DNA of 64,000 bases from Gracilinanus agilis (lineage: Eukaryota), in the NCBI RefSeq assembly GCF_016433145.1, contig NC_058130.1:133190018-133254017 (forward strand). The letters are read 5' to 3'. The position numbers and the translations under genes are program-made. Below the pieces are notes generated by a model. The model ran no database searches and was not told the origin of the DNA. It saw only the letters and a program-made list of their open reading frames with translations. Of the stretch, positions 24,767 through 37,500 are shown in pieces. Position 1 is the stretch's first letter; the number at the start of each line of letters is the position of its first letter.

Positions 24767-27624
24767 CCCTGATGTCTTCTCTGCCTCCAGCAAACTTCCT
24801 GCCCCGTTCCTCTCCACCATGCCTTGCCCACCATCCACCATGGTGCTGTTATGCCCTCCCCCAATGAGGTCAGCCTTTTATATAGCATAAGGCATATCCT
24901 CCACAGTGCTGTGTTCCTTCCACTCCCACCTCATGCTGTCAGAACCTCTTCAAGGATGTCACTATTCTTTATTCCCACTCCCACATGGTGTTACTTTCCT
25001 TCGATGAGGGTAGAACCCAGACATCAGATGAGGGTTCTCTTTGTGGAGGCAATGATGAAGTCCCAGCCACAGGAGATGAGGCCATGGCCTCCATGACTTG
25101 GGGATAGCCATAGTCCAAGGGTGACTAGGCTCCTTGAGAGAAGGTATGGAGGCACAGAGGTGTGTCCTTGCACTGAACCAGGCAAGGGGGCTGTTGTTCC
25201 AGTCCCAGAAGATGGTGTGACCCATGCAAGTTAGCATGGTGCTGCTGTGTTTGAGGGAGATGGTGTGGGGGCTGGCTCTCCACTAGGGGCCAAACTCCTC
25301 TCCTGGTCTGAATATGTCTGGAATTGGAGGAGTCTGCCCAGGAGGGAAGGAGGCTCTCTGGATCCTTCCCTGTCGTACTGTGTCTCATGATGTGTAATCT
25401 GGCCTTGAGGCCTTGATGATAAAGGAGGAAACTTCACAATCAGAACCCAGGCTCCTGTCTTCACTCCCTTGACTGTTTCCTTAAAGTGGGGGGACTGGAT
25501 AAATCACTTAAAACTTAGGTACAAAGAGAGCTCACTTCCCTTCACCGAAATTGTGTATGTCCTGGGGTACCTCTCCCCAACACCACCCCTTAGGTGGAAG
25601 GCTCTTTCCTTTCAGCTATCTAAATACTTTAAGACCTTTATACTCAGAGAAATGTCTTATGATTCCTCCTAGCCCCATGGGACCCAAATTATTGCCTATG
25701 GTTCTAGGCACTTTTATTTAATATTCTTATATTGTCAGCTCTCTCCTTGTGCCCATAGGCCTTATCTCCTCTATGAGTCTGAACCTTTGGGGGGCAGAAA
25801 TACCTTGATATCAACACGTTTTAAATAGCCTTGAATCCCTGGAGAGTCTGAGCTGGCAGAAGAGAACTCCTCAGGAAGCAGGATAGAATATCAGAATATC
25901 AGTGGAGCTAGATGGGACCTCGGAGGCCAGCTAGTTCAACCCTCTCATTTTACAGATGAAGACTGTGAGGTCCACAGGGTTAAAGGGAATGAGACTTAAA
26001 CAAAAGGCTTCTAACTCCAAAACCAGTGCTCTATTAGACTGTTTGCTGACTATGGAATGTACTCATGGGCAGTTCATTTCAGTTTTCTTTCCTTCCATAT
26101 CAGGCATCAGGAAAATGTCAGTAATTGTACTTCTTATTGGGGTGAGGCAGGGTGGGGTAAGATAGGCAGTTGACTAGATTATATTGTAGCTAAAGCTATG
26201 ACATCATTAGCTGAGGAGAAAGCTTAATTCTGGGCCTGTAGCATGCACAACAGGGTAAGATTGCCCCTCAAACTCCCTAGGGTAGAGGTAAAATGAATTC
26301 AGGACCATGTACTTGAGTTCTCCCCCCACCCCCACCCACCTCACCAAGTCTAGAGATCTCTTATTGACTTAGCTGCAGCCATGGGAAGGGAAAGCTGGTG
26401 TTGGTCTATAGGGGCTCTAGCACCCCTAAAATCACTATTCTCTGAATCCTACCTCTGTCACATGCTACATTGGGCCTCAGTTTTATGACCTGTAAAATGA
26501 GAGGTTTGAGCTAGATGTTCCCTATGGTCCTTTCAGCTCTTACCCTTCAATCATCCTAGGCTCCTAAAGAGCACTCCTACAAACCCAAACAAGAGGGCTA
26601 AAGCTATGACTATATCATCAGCTGAGGAGAAAGCTCAGAAGGCGAGGAAAGGGTGGGAAGAAGGCTTCAAGTGGAGGATTCTTCAGGGAAGGTGAACCAA
26701 TTTGTTCTGGTCAGACCAAAAGGAAAAATCTTTCAAAAAAACAAAATTTATAAAAAATGCTGTATGTGGCCAGACTGTGGATAAGATATTGAGACCTAAC
26801 CCCACTCAGATCAAATGACAAGTTATCTGTGGGCAGAGCAGATGACTCCATTTCCTGGCCATCTGGCAGGGACATAAAGGACAGACCTCTCTTGGCTAGA
26901 GGCCCAAGCAAATTGGGACCCAACCCACTAAATCCACAAGGTAATCAAAAGCATGTCTGACATATGGTGTCTTCAGTATCGCAAAGCTGGGAGCTTTGGG
27001 GAAGGAATTTACCTTCCCTAGATCACAACAGAGGTTGGAATTATAAAATTTTAGGATTGGATAGGTCATCCATCCAGTCCAGCTTCCTTTCTGTCCCCCC
27101 GTCCCCCAAAACAGTTTTTCTTTGGCAAAAAAGATGGATCTAAAAATGTAGAAAGTATGTATTTCACATTAGTAATAACTAATTGTGGAGGGAAAAGTAA
27201 CCAATTTGGGGAAAAGTCTTCAATCTGAAAGAAATCACCATCATAAAAAATCTGGTTTAGCACCATTTCTGACCTGTAAAGCATTTTTCTACACATTAGA
27301 AATATTAAATCCAACCCACAGCTAAAAATACCTACTTTCAACATGTATTGAAAGAATTGTGGCAGGACTTAGTTCTGGCAAAGCTTGTTTTTCCTGGTCT
27401 TTTCTTTATTCTAAAAAGATACAGATGAATAGAAAATTATCTTTCCCTGCCCTCCAGCTCAGACTGTGGCTAATTCTTTGGGTAAGGATCTGGAGATCTG
27501 GGCCTGTTGCTCGAGGGTACATCCAGTATCTTGCACCTTTAACACCTTAATCATCAGCAAAAGGAAAGCCATAACAAGGAGCTGAAAACCTTAGTAATTT
27601 TTTTAGAAAAGCCAAATTAAAGGA

Positions 27625-27800
27625 TATGGGGTGGAGGTGGAACCAAGATGGCAGAGTAGAGGCATGGAGAGCTTGAGAGAACCCTTCAACCAACCTTAAC
27701 ACTTCAAAATGAATACTAATAGAGTGACAGAACCAATAACAGAATAGAATAAAGCAATTTTCCTGCAGAATGTACAAGGTATGATCTTCTGGTGGCAATT
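27625..27800 (+). mobile_element. Short L1 5'-end-like fragment
   Basis: ggaggtggaaccAAGATGGCagagtag is the typical L1 5' start with a YY1 site. Confidence 0.45.
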
Positions 27801-27883
27801 AGTTGCCTTTGATCATGGTATTCTGTCTAGAGGCATCCCTTCTACCTTCTACCTTCCACCTTTGGTAAGAAGGGAAAAGTGAG

Positions 27884-28086
27884 GGGGCACCTAGGTGGCT
27901 CAGTAGATTGAGAACCAATCAAAACTAGATTCATATCTAAACTAGGTTCAAATCTGGCCTCAGACACTTCCTAGCTGTGTGACCCTGGGCAAGTCAATTG
28001 ACCCCCACTGCCTAGCCTTTACCACTCAATACAGAGTATTGATTCCAAGACGGTAGGTAAGGGTGTTTTGGTTTTTTTTTTTAAAG
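27884..28086 (+). mobile_element. Older marsupial SINE copy
   Basis: Same family motifs. Confidence 0.75.
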
Positions 28087-28452
28087 GGGAAACCGAAAAA
28101 AAGGAGCCAAGCCCTGGCCTATGCTTAAATTGGGTCAACCCCCTCTTTTTATCTAAGGAAACAGGTTCAGAGGCGAAAGGGACTTGGTCCAGGGTCATCT
28201 AAACTCGAATTCAGGATTTCCGATACCAAATCTAGGGATTTTTCTCTTTCTCCTATTATATCTTGCCTTTTTTTTTTTTTCATCCCACAAATAGAGAAAA
28301 GGTAACTCAGACCCACTTTCAAACAGTCTACCCAGGTTAAAGGAGAGAGCATGAAGAATTCCTATGATCCTTTGCTGGATCACAGATATCTGGTCCTCCT
28401 TGCCTATCAAATCCCCATGAATGAAGCAGAGAGACAGATGAATGAAAAAAGG

Positions 28453-28458
28453 TTTATT
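28453..28458 (-). terminator. MVP polyadenylation signal AATAAA
   Basis: tttatt on + about 140 nt downstream of the MVP stop codon. Confidence 0.6.
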
Positions 28459-28596
28459 TTTCAGGGAAAAAAACTAGGGCACAGAGTAGTCCTCTTCTGG
28501 GGAGAGGGGCTGGGTGGAGGAAGAGAGAGGCTCAGAGTGATCTAACTATCCAATGGAGTTGTGGAAGAAGTCACTATTTTTCTGTATCTTATTAAC

Positions 28597-31500
28597 TCAC
28601 TTTTCCTCAGTAGGAAGCCTAGCTGCCCCCAGCCCCAGAAGCCCCGAGGCTGTGCTGAAGAGATTGATTGGAGTGGAGCCATCTGTAATGAGGGTTGATT
28701 TTAGTCCAAGACCCTGAAGTAGTTTCACCTATGACAAGAGAGGGAAATACAAAAATTATAGGAGGGAAAAATGTTACATCTAGAAGGAACTTTAGAAAAT
28801 AATTCTTTTACATATAGATCTTAAAACAGTCCCTGGGGCTAAGCGGGCTTAATTAACTATCCCAGGGTCTCACAGCAGGGACTTGCATATAGGTGTTCTG
28901 ATTCTCTTTCTACCAAACAAGTATCAAGTGGCATTAAAGCTGGAAGGGACCTTCGAGATTGCTTCTACTTAAATTTCAATTTTATAAAGATGTTCAAAGG
29001 CATTCTAGAACTCAGAATTTTTCCAGTCAGATCAGATCAACAGCAATTTTCTTCCCTTCCGACCCAAAACACACCAGCCTCTGGCCTTCCAGGAGATCTC
29101 CTTCCCAAGTAGGACAGAAGGATTTTCCTTGGGTTGCCAAGACGTTTTGGACACTCCTAAGCTGGGGTGGTCTCCTCCCTTGTTTCTTCTGGCTAGCTTA
29201 CCTGCAGCTCAGGCCCAGCCAGCGCAAGGTCCCGAATAGTGCCAGAACCCAAGGCCTCTGTCATCTCCTTGAACTTCTTAACCTCCACTGCTGCCAGTCT
29301 CTCTGCCTTGTTCAGTTCCAGCTCCATTTGGGCCTTGCAGTAGGTGAGCTCCTGCTCCCTGGCTTTCTGTATTCGAAGTAACTCGGCCTCCTAAAGGAAG
29401 GAATTCAATCAGGCCCCCACCCTCATCTATCAGTGCCTTGCTTTGTGGTTACAAAGCTAGATGCACCCCCCCCCCCCACTCTTCAAGGATGGATAAAAAT
29501 GCAGGTAAAGCAAACAGAATGGAGAAAAGAGAAAACAGGGCATGATCTCATGCTAAATGGTGTAGGCCAAACACACCTGCCTCAGAAATGCAAAAAAGAG
29601 GCTCATCATTAGGTTGGCCTTAGCGGGCCCAGTTAAGGTTTTGTGCAGAGAGTAGGAATTTAGCTGAGCCTTGAATGATGAGTAGAGATGGCCACTCCAC
29701 ACTGAGGAAGTGGCATGAGCCATGGCACCGACAGTAGGAAGGATAGATCGACATTTCAGAAAAGAAGCTACCTTCCCCCTTTCAGGTTCCTTTCTTTTCT
29801 GCCTTGGCCTTTAAAGGTGCTTCCCACTCACCGTTTCTATGGCTAAGGCCTCTGCCTTCAGCTTCGCCTGTAGGACTGCTCCTTCTCCCTCAATCTGAGC
29901 TGCCTGGGCCCGCGATTCTGCCTCTGCTTTAGCAGCTCCAGTACTTTCCACAGCAGCGCTTGGGAAGGAAAAGTTGGATGAGACCCATGGAAAAAAACCA
30001 TCCTCCTCTTCCCATCCTTACCTGAAAATTCCTGGCTTGGTATCATCTTTCTCCTGACTTCCTTGCTTCTTTCAATAATTCAATTCAGCATTTATTAATA
30101 AGTACTAGGTGAGGCAACATATAGAAGCAAAACAAGAACAGTAGTTTAAGGTTCAATAGGTGGGGATGAACTTTGGTCCTCACTCTTATCTAAATTGGGC
30201 AAAGGAAGGAAGAACACACATGCACGTATACACACAGTTGGGTAGAGAAATATATTTCACTTAACTAGGAAATGGGTGAGAAGGAGAAGAAAGATGTAGC
30301 AAATAAGAGGGAGAGCAGATCAAGAATTAGTCCCAAGCAAAACAAATTTTAATTAGGGGTGGGTGTACAAAACACATACATTTGTAAATATTTACATATA
30401 GTTTTTTTTGTAGTGATGAAGAATTGGAATTGATGGGGAACTCATTAGGGAGCGGAAGAACAAGTTATAGTATAGAAAAATTATAGAACACTATTATGCT
30501 ATAAGATACAATGAAAGGTGGTGTAGTTGGGTAGCTCAGTGGATTGAGTCAGGCCTAGAGATGGGAGGTCCTAGGTTCGAATCCAGCCTCAGACACTTCC
30601 CAGCTGTGTGACCCTCAGCAAGTCACTCGACCCCCATTTCCCACCCTTACCACTCTTCCACCAAGGAGCCAATACAGAAGTTAAGGGTTTAAAAAAAATA
30701 AAAAAAAAAAAAAAAAAGATACGATGAAAGGGATGGTTTCAGGGAAACCTGGGAAAATATATATGAACTGATTGAAGTGAACAGAAACAGGAGAACAATT
30801 TACACAGTGACAACACTATGGTAAAACAAATATCTTTGCAAGATTTGTGAATTCTGATCAGTATAATGATCAACCACAATTCAGAGGATTTGTGTGATGA
30901 AACATGCTCTTTGCCTCAGCAGAAAAGAAAAGGGCTTGGAGTATGGAAGTGGATAAAGGCGTGTGTATGTGTGTGTGTGTAAAAACAGTTTTCTTTTGGA
31001 TCTGGCCAATGCAGAAATCTGTTTTGCTTGACTATACACATTTTTAATAAGAATTTTATTTTTCTTTTGTTCATTTGGTGGGAAGGTAGATTTTTGCTCA
31101 CTGAAAAAAATTTAATAAAATTAAAAAAAAACATCAAAAAGGAAAGCAATTTGAAATTTTGCTTCCAGAAGTACTGAACTCTATGTTCTTTGACTTAGCA
31201 ATACCCCTAACTAGATCCCAATATTTCAAAGAGAATAAAGAAAAAGAAAAAGGACCCATGTACTTTTGTAAAAATATTTCAAGTAGCTCTTTATATAGTG
31301 GTAAGAACTGGAAACTAAGGGGATGCCCAACATCCAGGGAATGGCTAAAGAAACTATAGTATATGAATGTAAGAGAATACTATTGTGCTGTACAAATGAA
31401 AAGATGGTTTCCAAGAAACTTGGAAAGATATGTATGAACAGAGAAGAACCAGAGCAATTTACAGGATAACATCAACATTTCAAAACCAAACAGATCGGGG

Positions 31501-34500
31501 CAGCTGGGTAGCTCAGTGGAGTGAGAGTCAGGCCTAGAGACAGGAGGTCCTAGGTTCAAACCCGGCCTCAGCCACTTCCCAGCTGTGTGACCCTGGGCAA
31601 GTCACTTGACCCCCATTGCCCACCCTTACCAATCTTCCACCTATGAGACAATACACTGAAATACAAGGGTTAAAAAAAAACAAAACCAAACAGATCTGAA
31701 AACCTTAAGATTTCATGATGAAGAAAGCTATCCACCTTGTGACAGAGAGATGACAGACTAAGAGACAGAATGAGACACACATTTTTGTATGTAGTTAATG
31801 TTTACTTGACTATGTTTGTATGTCACAAGGGTTTTGTATTTCTCCCCACCACCACCACCCTGGGTGGGCAGGAGGAGAGGAGAGGAAGAGAAAAGAAATG
31901 CTTGTTAATTTAAAAAAATGTTTTTAAGTGATGGGAATATTAAGATAAGTACCGCACAGAGACCTTGCCCTTAAGGAACTCACAACCCTACATTGGGGAA
32001 TATGACATGCAAACAGTAAGTAGGATATGATACAAAAGCAGATTGAGACAGACTGAAATGAGGAAGGAATATGTTCTAGGGGTGGAGGCTGGTCTTTTTG
32101 GATAGATAGGAACAAATGAGCACAAGAAAGACAAGGGAATAGCAAATAGTTCAGTCTGGCCAGAATATCCTTTTTGTGAAGCAAAAGAATTGTAAAATAA
32201 AGGTGGAAAAGTAGGTTGGAACCACACCCATAGAGGGCCTTAAGATACCAGGCTAAAGGAGTTTTATATTTTACTCTGGAGGCAATGGTGAGCCATGAGG
32301 GTTTTTATAAGCAGAAGAGTGAAGTCATTAGCCCTGTGCATTAGAAACATGATTTTGGCAGTCATAAGATCGCTAAATTGGAGATGAGGAGACTCTGGAG
32401 GCAGGGAAACCAGTTAAGAGGCCATCATAATCCAGGTAAGTATGCTGGGAAAACAGAAAAGACTTGGCAATGGTATGGATATAATGGTCACTGGGGAAGG
32501 GGATGTGCCTTTAAGAAGAAAGAACAAAGACTTGAAATCTCACATCATTTTGGATTCTTTTTTCTTCCTTCCCAAATCCCCTCCCCACCACTGCTATATT
32601 CAATCAGTTGCCAAACCTTATTCACTCTTCCACAGCATTCCTGTACAAGGAGAGAGACTGGATGATGATGGTGTCAACAGAAATAGAGGTTGGGGCAGAT
32701 TTAGGGGAAATTTGATGGGAGCAGTTGGAAGATGAGTCTGAGGGATTGGTGTGACATTTTGGTGGAGAAGACGTCAAGCAGGCAACTGAAGCAATGCAAC
32801 TGGGGCTCCTGAGAGCTAAGTATACAGAAATGGAAGTAGCTCCTATGTTCAAAGGTTGGAGAATAGGAATAAATTGTAATAGCTTCATGTAGTAGAATAT
32901 TAAGTTGCTTTTTTAAAAAAGTGTGACATACGGAGCTATGGTTCTGTTTTGTCAGAAAGTTAGGGGGGGCTTTGAGAAGATTTCAGTTATTTCTCTTACA
33001 TGTTCATTTTATTGTTTTGGTTGACAATTAAACTTGAGTTTTTAAAATTACTGGTGACATTGGAAAGTAAGAGTAACAGAAGGTAGGAACTCCTATTCCT
33101 TTGGCCAGAGCAGGTTAAGGAAGTGGCCTCTTTGCCTTCTCTAGCTTTCTTCTTTTCTCTCCTTATTTAGTTGTGTCTGACTCTGCTTGACCCCATTTGG
33201 GGTTTTCTTGGCAGAGATACTAAAGTGGTTTGTCATTTTCTTCTCTAGCTCATCTTATAGAAGAGGAAACTGAGGCAAACAGGGTTAAGTATCTTTCCCA
33301 GATCACAAAGCTAGTAAAGTGTCTGAGGCCAGATTTGAACTTAGGAAGATGAATCTTCCTGACTCCAGGCCTGACACTCCATCCTCTGGGCCACCTCTGG
33401 CTACCCTTTTCTTTCCTTACCTCTCAGCTTCAAGGAGCAGCAGCTCCTTTCGGGCTTTTTCAGCTTCTGCTTGGTCCAAGATCTTCTGCCGCTCCAGCCG
33501 CCCCCGAGCCTCCTGCTCCAGTCTCTGAGCCTCATGTCTGAAAGGAAAGGAGATGGGAAAAGACTCTTGAGGATAGTTGTAGAGGAAGAATGGGAGCCAG
33601 GCAGGGCCAGAGACAAGTACATTATGGGGGAGGAAGGAAACTGGCATTTATCAGGCACCTGCTATGTACGCAGCACTGTGCTAAGTTCTTTACAAAAACT
33701 GCTTCATTTGGTCTTCGCAACTCTGGGAAGCAGGTGCCATTTTGATTCCCATTTTTCAGTTGAGTAAATGAGGCAGATAGCAGTGAAGTGACTTGCCCAG
33801 TCACAGAGTTAGTTAAGCATCTGAGGTTGGGTTCGAACCACCTAGCTTCCTTAAGGAAGCCTCCAGATGTTAAGTACACTCAATATACAAAGGAGTGCTA
33901 TGGAAATGAAGTGCAGCATTGGGAGGGAGGGGGGGGAAGCCAGCTGCTCCACTTACTTGGCTGCAGCTTCTTGGGAATTGGTAGTGATTTCAATGGCCAG
34001 CTGGACACTCCGCTGTAAAGCATCCCGGGTCCGCTGGTCCACGGGTTCTACAGACTGGACATCCACACTACTGACTACCAACCCATTCTGGGGGAAGAAG
34101 GCTCGGTCCCGGGGCTGAGGCAGGGCAACACCCCCAGGTCCTTTCCCTTCAGTTTCCTCAAAACCAAAGACAGACATCCGAATGATGCGAGCAGAATTCT
34201 TATGGAAATCATCAAAGGTGACAGAGGCCACGGCCCCTCGAACCCGGGAGGCAATGGCTTTGCAAGCGTCGCCCACAAAGTCTGGGACAGAGAAGAGCCG
34301 AGCAGCCTCTTGGGGATTATTCCGGTTTGTTAGTTCAAAGTGCCTATGGGTGAAGAAAGAAAGAGGTTCCATCTCCTTCTTCAACAATGAGGGTCTCTAT
34401 TTAGGCCTCTGCTTAGGAGTCAGGATCTTTTTTTCAGACCTAATTACTTCTTGCCTAGATTATTGAAATGGACTCCTTGCCTCTAGTTTCACCCCCCCCC

Positions 34501-37500
34501 CCACTCCAATCTGTCTTCCACAGTTGCCAACGTGATTTTTCCTTCTGTAAAATTATAACTAGGTCACCTTCCTACTCAAGTTCCAGAGTTGCCTTATTAT
34601 CTTTAGAATAAAATATAATCATAAAAAATAATAACAATAATGTAGTATTTATATTGTGTATACTATGTGCCAGAGACCGTACCAAGTGCTTTTTACAAAG
34701 ATCTCATTTGATCCTCACAGTTTTGGGAGAGAGGTGCTATTATTATCCCCATTTGACAGGTGAGGATACTGAGGCAAACAGAGTTCAAGCGACTTGCCCA
34801 AAGTCCTTTAGCTAGTAAGTACTTAAGCTTATATTTGAACTCAGGTCATCCTGACTCCAGGACTAGAACTATATCAACTGCACCAACCAGCTGCCTATAA
34901 ATAAACTCTTTTTATTTGGCTTTTGAAGTTCTTTACAACCTAGTTTGGTGCTATGTGTCTGATTTTGTTATACATTATTCCTGTGTGTGGAAAAAATAAC
35001 TCCACTCCACCCCATGACACCCACAATGGCCTAGCATGGTCAGCATGCAATGTTTCGATGGAGGGAGGAGTGAGTTGAAAAGCCATTCACAATTCTCCCC
35101 TACTCCAAATGCCCTTCCTTCCTCAAATATCTTATTTACTCTATGTATTACTTATAAATATTTTCTTCCCAAAGAATGTAAGCTCTCTGAAAGGATAATT
35201 TCATTTTTGCCACTGTATCCAGGTTTTGCTTAGTTTGACTCGACTATTTCCTAGGGACTTCCCTTTCCATTACTCAGGGATTGGAGGTGAGTTTCCCTCC
35301 CAGTTCCTCCCCTCACCCCCATCTACAAAACTGACACTGGTCCTGGGAGAGGCCTGTGTGTCCATGGTGATCCCTAGTTACCAGTTGTAAGCCAGCTGCA
35401 GTTGTAGCCGGGCATGGTCCGCTGTTTCAATGGTGATGACATCAGTAAAGAAATCAGGCCCCAGCAGCAGGCAGAGTGTCCGGCGGGCGTGGGGACGCTT
35501 GGGCCGGCCAGCTGAGAGGGACAACACTGTGAACTGTTCCTCAGGACCAAGGCATACCAACTCTGGCCCAAACACAACCCTGTGGAAAGTACAAAGAGTG
35601 AGCCAAATAGAGAAACATCTTTTTTAGTATTTTTAATAGATCCCAGGACTGAGAGAAGGAAACCACCTAACATTCCACTCAGGATAGGAAGTCTTTTCCA
35701 CATGCTTTTCCTGACCTTGCTTTCTTTTCTCTGTAGTCATACACTTGTACAGCAGCATTGTGCGGAACTCGGTAGCTCACAACTCGAGTCTTATCCCTGA
35801 TGACAGAGAGCTCACGATTTCTCGATTCTCCCACTGCACCCCTGTCTGCCAGTGGATCTTGCCCTGAGCTCAGCAGTTCTTCCACCCCAGGTGGCAGCTC
35901 CTTCTCCCATAGTTCTTCATCTTGGGTCAGCATATAGGTTTCCCCAACAACAGCCCGGACCTAAAGAAAAGACCAGGGTAAAGAAATTCTCCAATAAGGC
36001 AGGGATAAGGAAATATAAAATCAAAAGTTTTAACCTATCCTGTTCCTTTTACCTTAATCTATGATCTTATCAAACCTTTTTACCTCTCTGTTAGGTGCTA
36101 GTAGGCAATTGATAAACATCTGTTGATGAATGAATGAAAAAATCTGGATTTTTGCTCTGCTACTAACTCATTAAGTGACTTTGGGCAAGTTTCTTCTCTC
36201 TCTGGGCCTCAGTTTTCTCCTGTACACAGGAAACTAGGGGAGGATAGAGTGGCAATTAGATGATTTCTGAGGTCCCTCCACTCTGAAACCTAGAGTGTTG
36301 AGATCTGAAATGCCATTTCTTGCCACCAGAGATCCCACCCATTTCTAAGAGCTTAGTTCAAATGCTTTGTCTTCCACTAAACCTTCTCCAATTTCTCTCC
36401 CATCTGTTACAATCTTCCCCCAGCCTATCCCAAGTCCTCACATAGAATTGTGCATATATCTCTCTTAATAAAGGTTTGATGAATTGAGTTTAATAAGGAA
36501 CTTTTATGCAGAACATTGAGCTGGGCCCTAGAAGAAACATTAAGTTAAATAATATACAGTACCTGCCCTTATGGAAGTTCCAGCCTGATCATTTTTATTT
36601 TCTTATATGGCTGGCAAGCAACTACCTTCTGGTTTCTTCAGGTCCCAGGGAAAACCCTACCTACAGGAAGCCCTGTATTTCCTCCTTCTTCTACTTTTTT
36701 TAAAACTCCTACCTTCTTCTTATATTAAGGCAATTCCAAATGATGAGTATACCAGAGACATGGAATTTTTTTTGAGCCTGTGAGATGGATATGGTGTTAT
36801 AGGTATGGAGAGGATCATTTACCAGAGACTTGGGAAAACTGAGTCAAAGTTTTTTTTTTTTTTTTTTTTTAATTTTAAACCCTTAACTTCTGTGTATTGA
36901 CTTATAGGTGGAAGATTGGTAAGGGTAGGCAATGGGGGTCAAGTGACTTGCCCAGGGTCACACAGCTGGGAAGTGTCTGAGGCCGGATTTGAACCTAGGA
37001 CCTCCTGTCTCTAGGCCTGGCTCTCAATCCACTGAGTTACCCAGCTGCCCCTGGGTCAAAGTTTTAACCATCAGATTGGAACTAGGTTGTTTACATTCAT
37101 ATACCTTACTCTGGTTGGTATTAGTAATGAGAAAAAAAAATCAGGTCAAGGTCTGGAAGAATCATTTGGTGAGAGGGCCACTGATTGAAGCTTATGGTTT
37201 ACTTTACTCTTTAATCTGATTTATTTCACTCCAGGTTCCAGACAAAAGTCTGGCTATCCCCCTCATGTGGAATGCTCCTAATTTCTACCTTCTGGTTTCT
37301 TCAAGTCCCAGGGAAAATCCCACCTACAGGAAGCCCCGTATTTCCTTCTTCTTCTTTTTTTAAACTCCTACTTTCTGTCTTTGATTAGTACTAAGAAGAA
37401 TGGTAAGGGCTAGGCAATGGAAGTTAAGTGACTTAGCCAGGAAGTATGTGAGTCCAGATTTAAACCTAAGACCTCCCATTTCTATTTATTAAGCCACCTA

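Larger units (their letters stand above)
30360..31925 (+). mobile_element. Two tandem old L1 3'-end fragments, each interrupted by a young SINE
   Basis: Both contain the L1 3' signature (ggaatggctaaagaaacta..tatatgaatgtaa..gaatactattgtgctgt and a degenerate copy). Confidence 0.65.

Noticed and set aside
30519-30600. tRNA-like A/B boxes here and in other SINE heads; also a search for a vault RNA gene near MVP
   Set aside because: These are SINE heads, not tRNA genes. No vtRNA-like sequence (GGCTGGCTTTAGCTCAGCGG...) was seen in the window.
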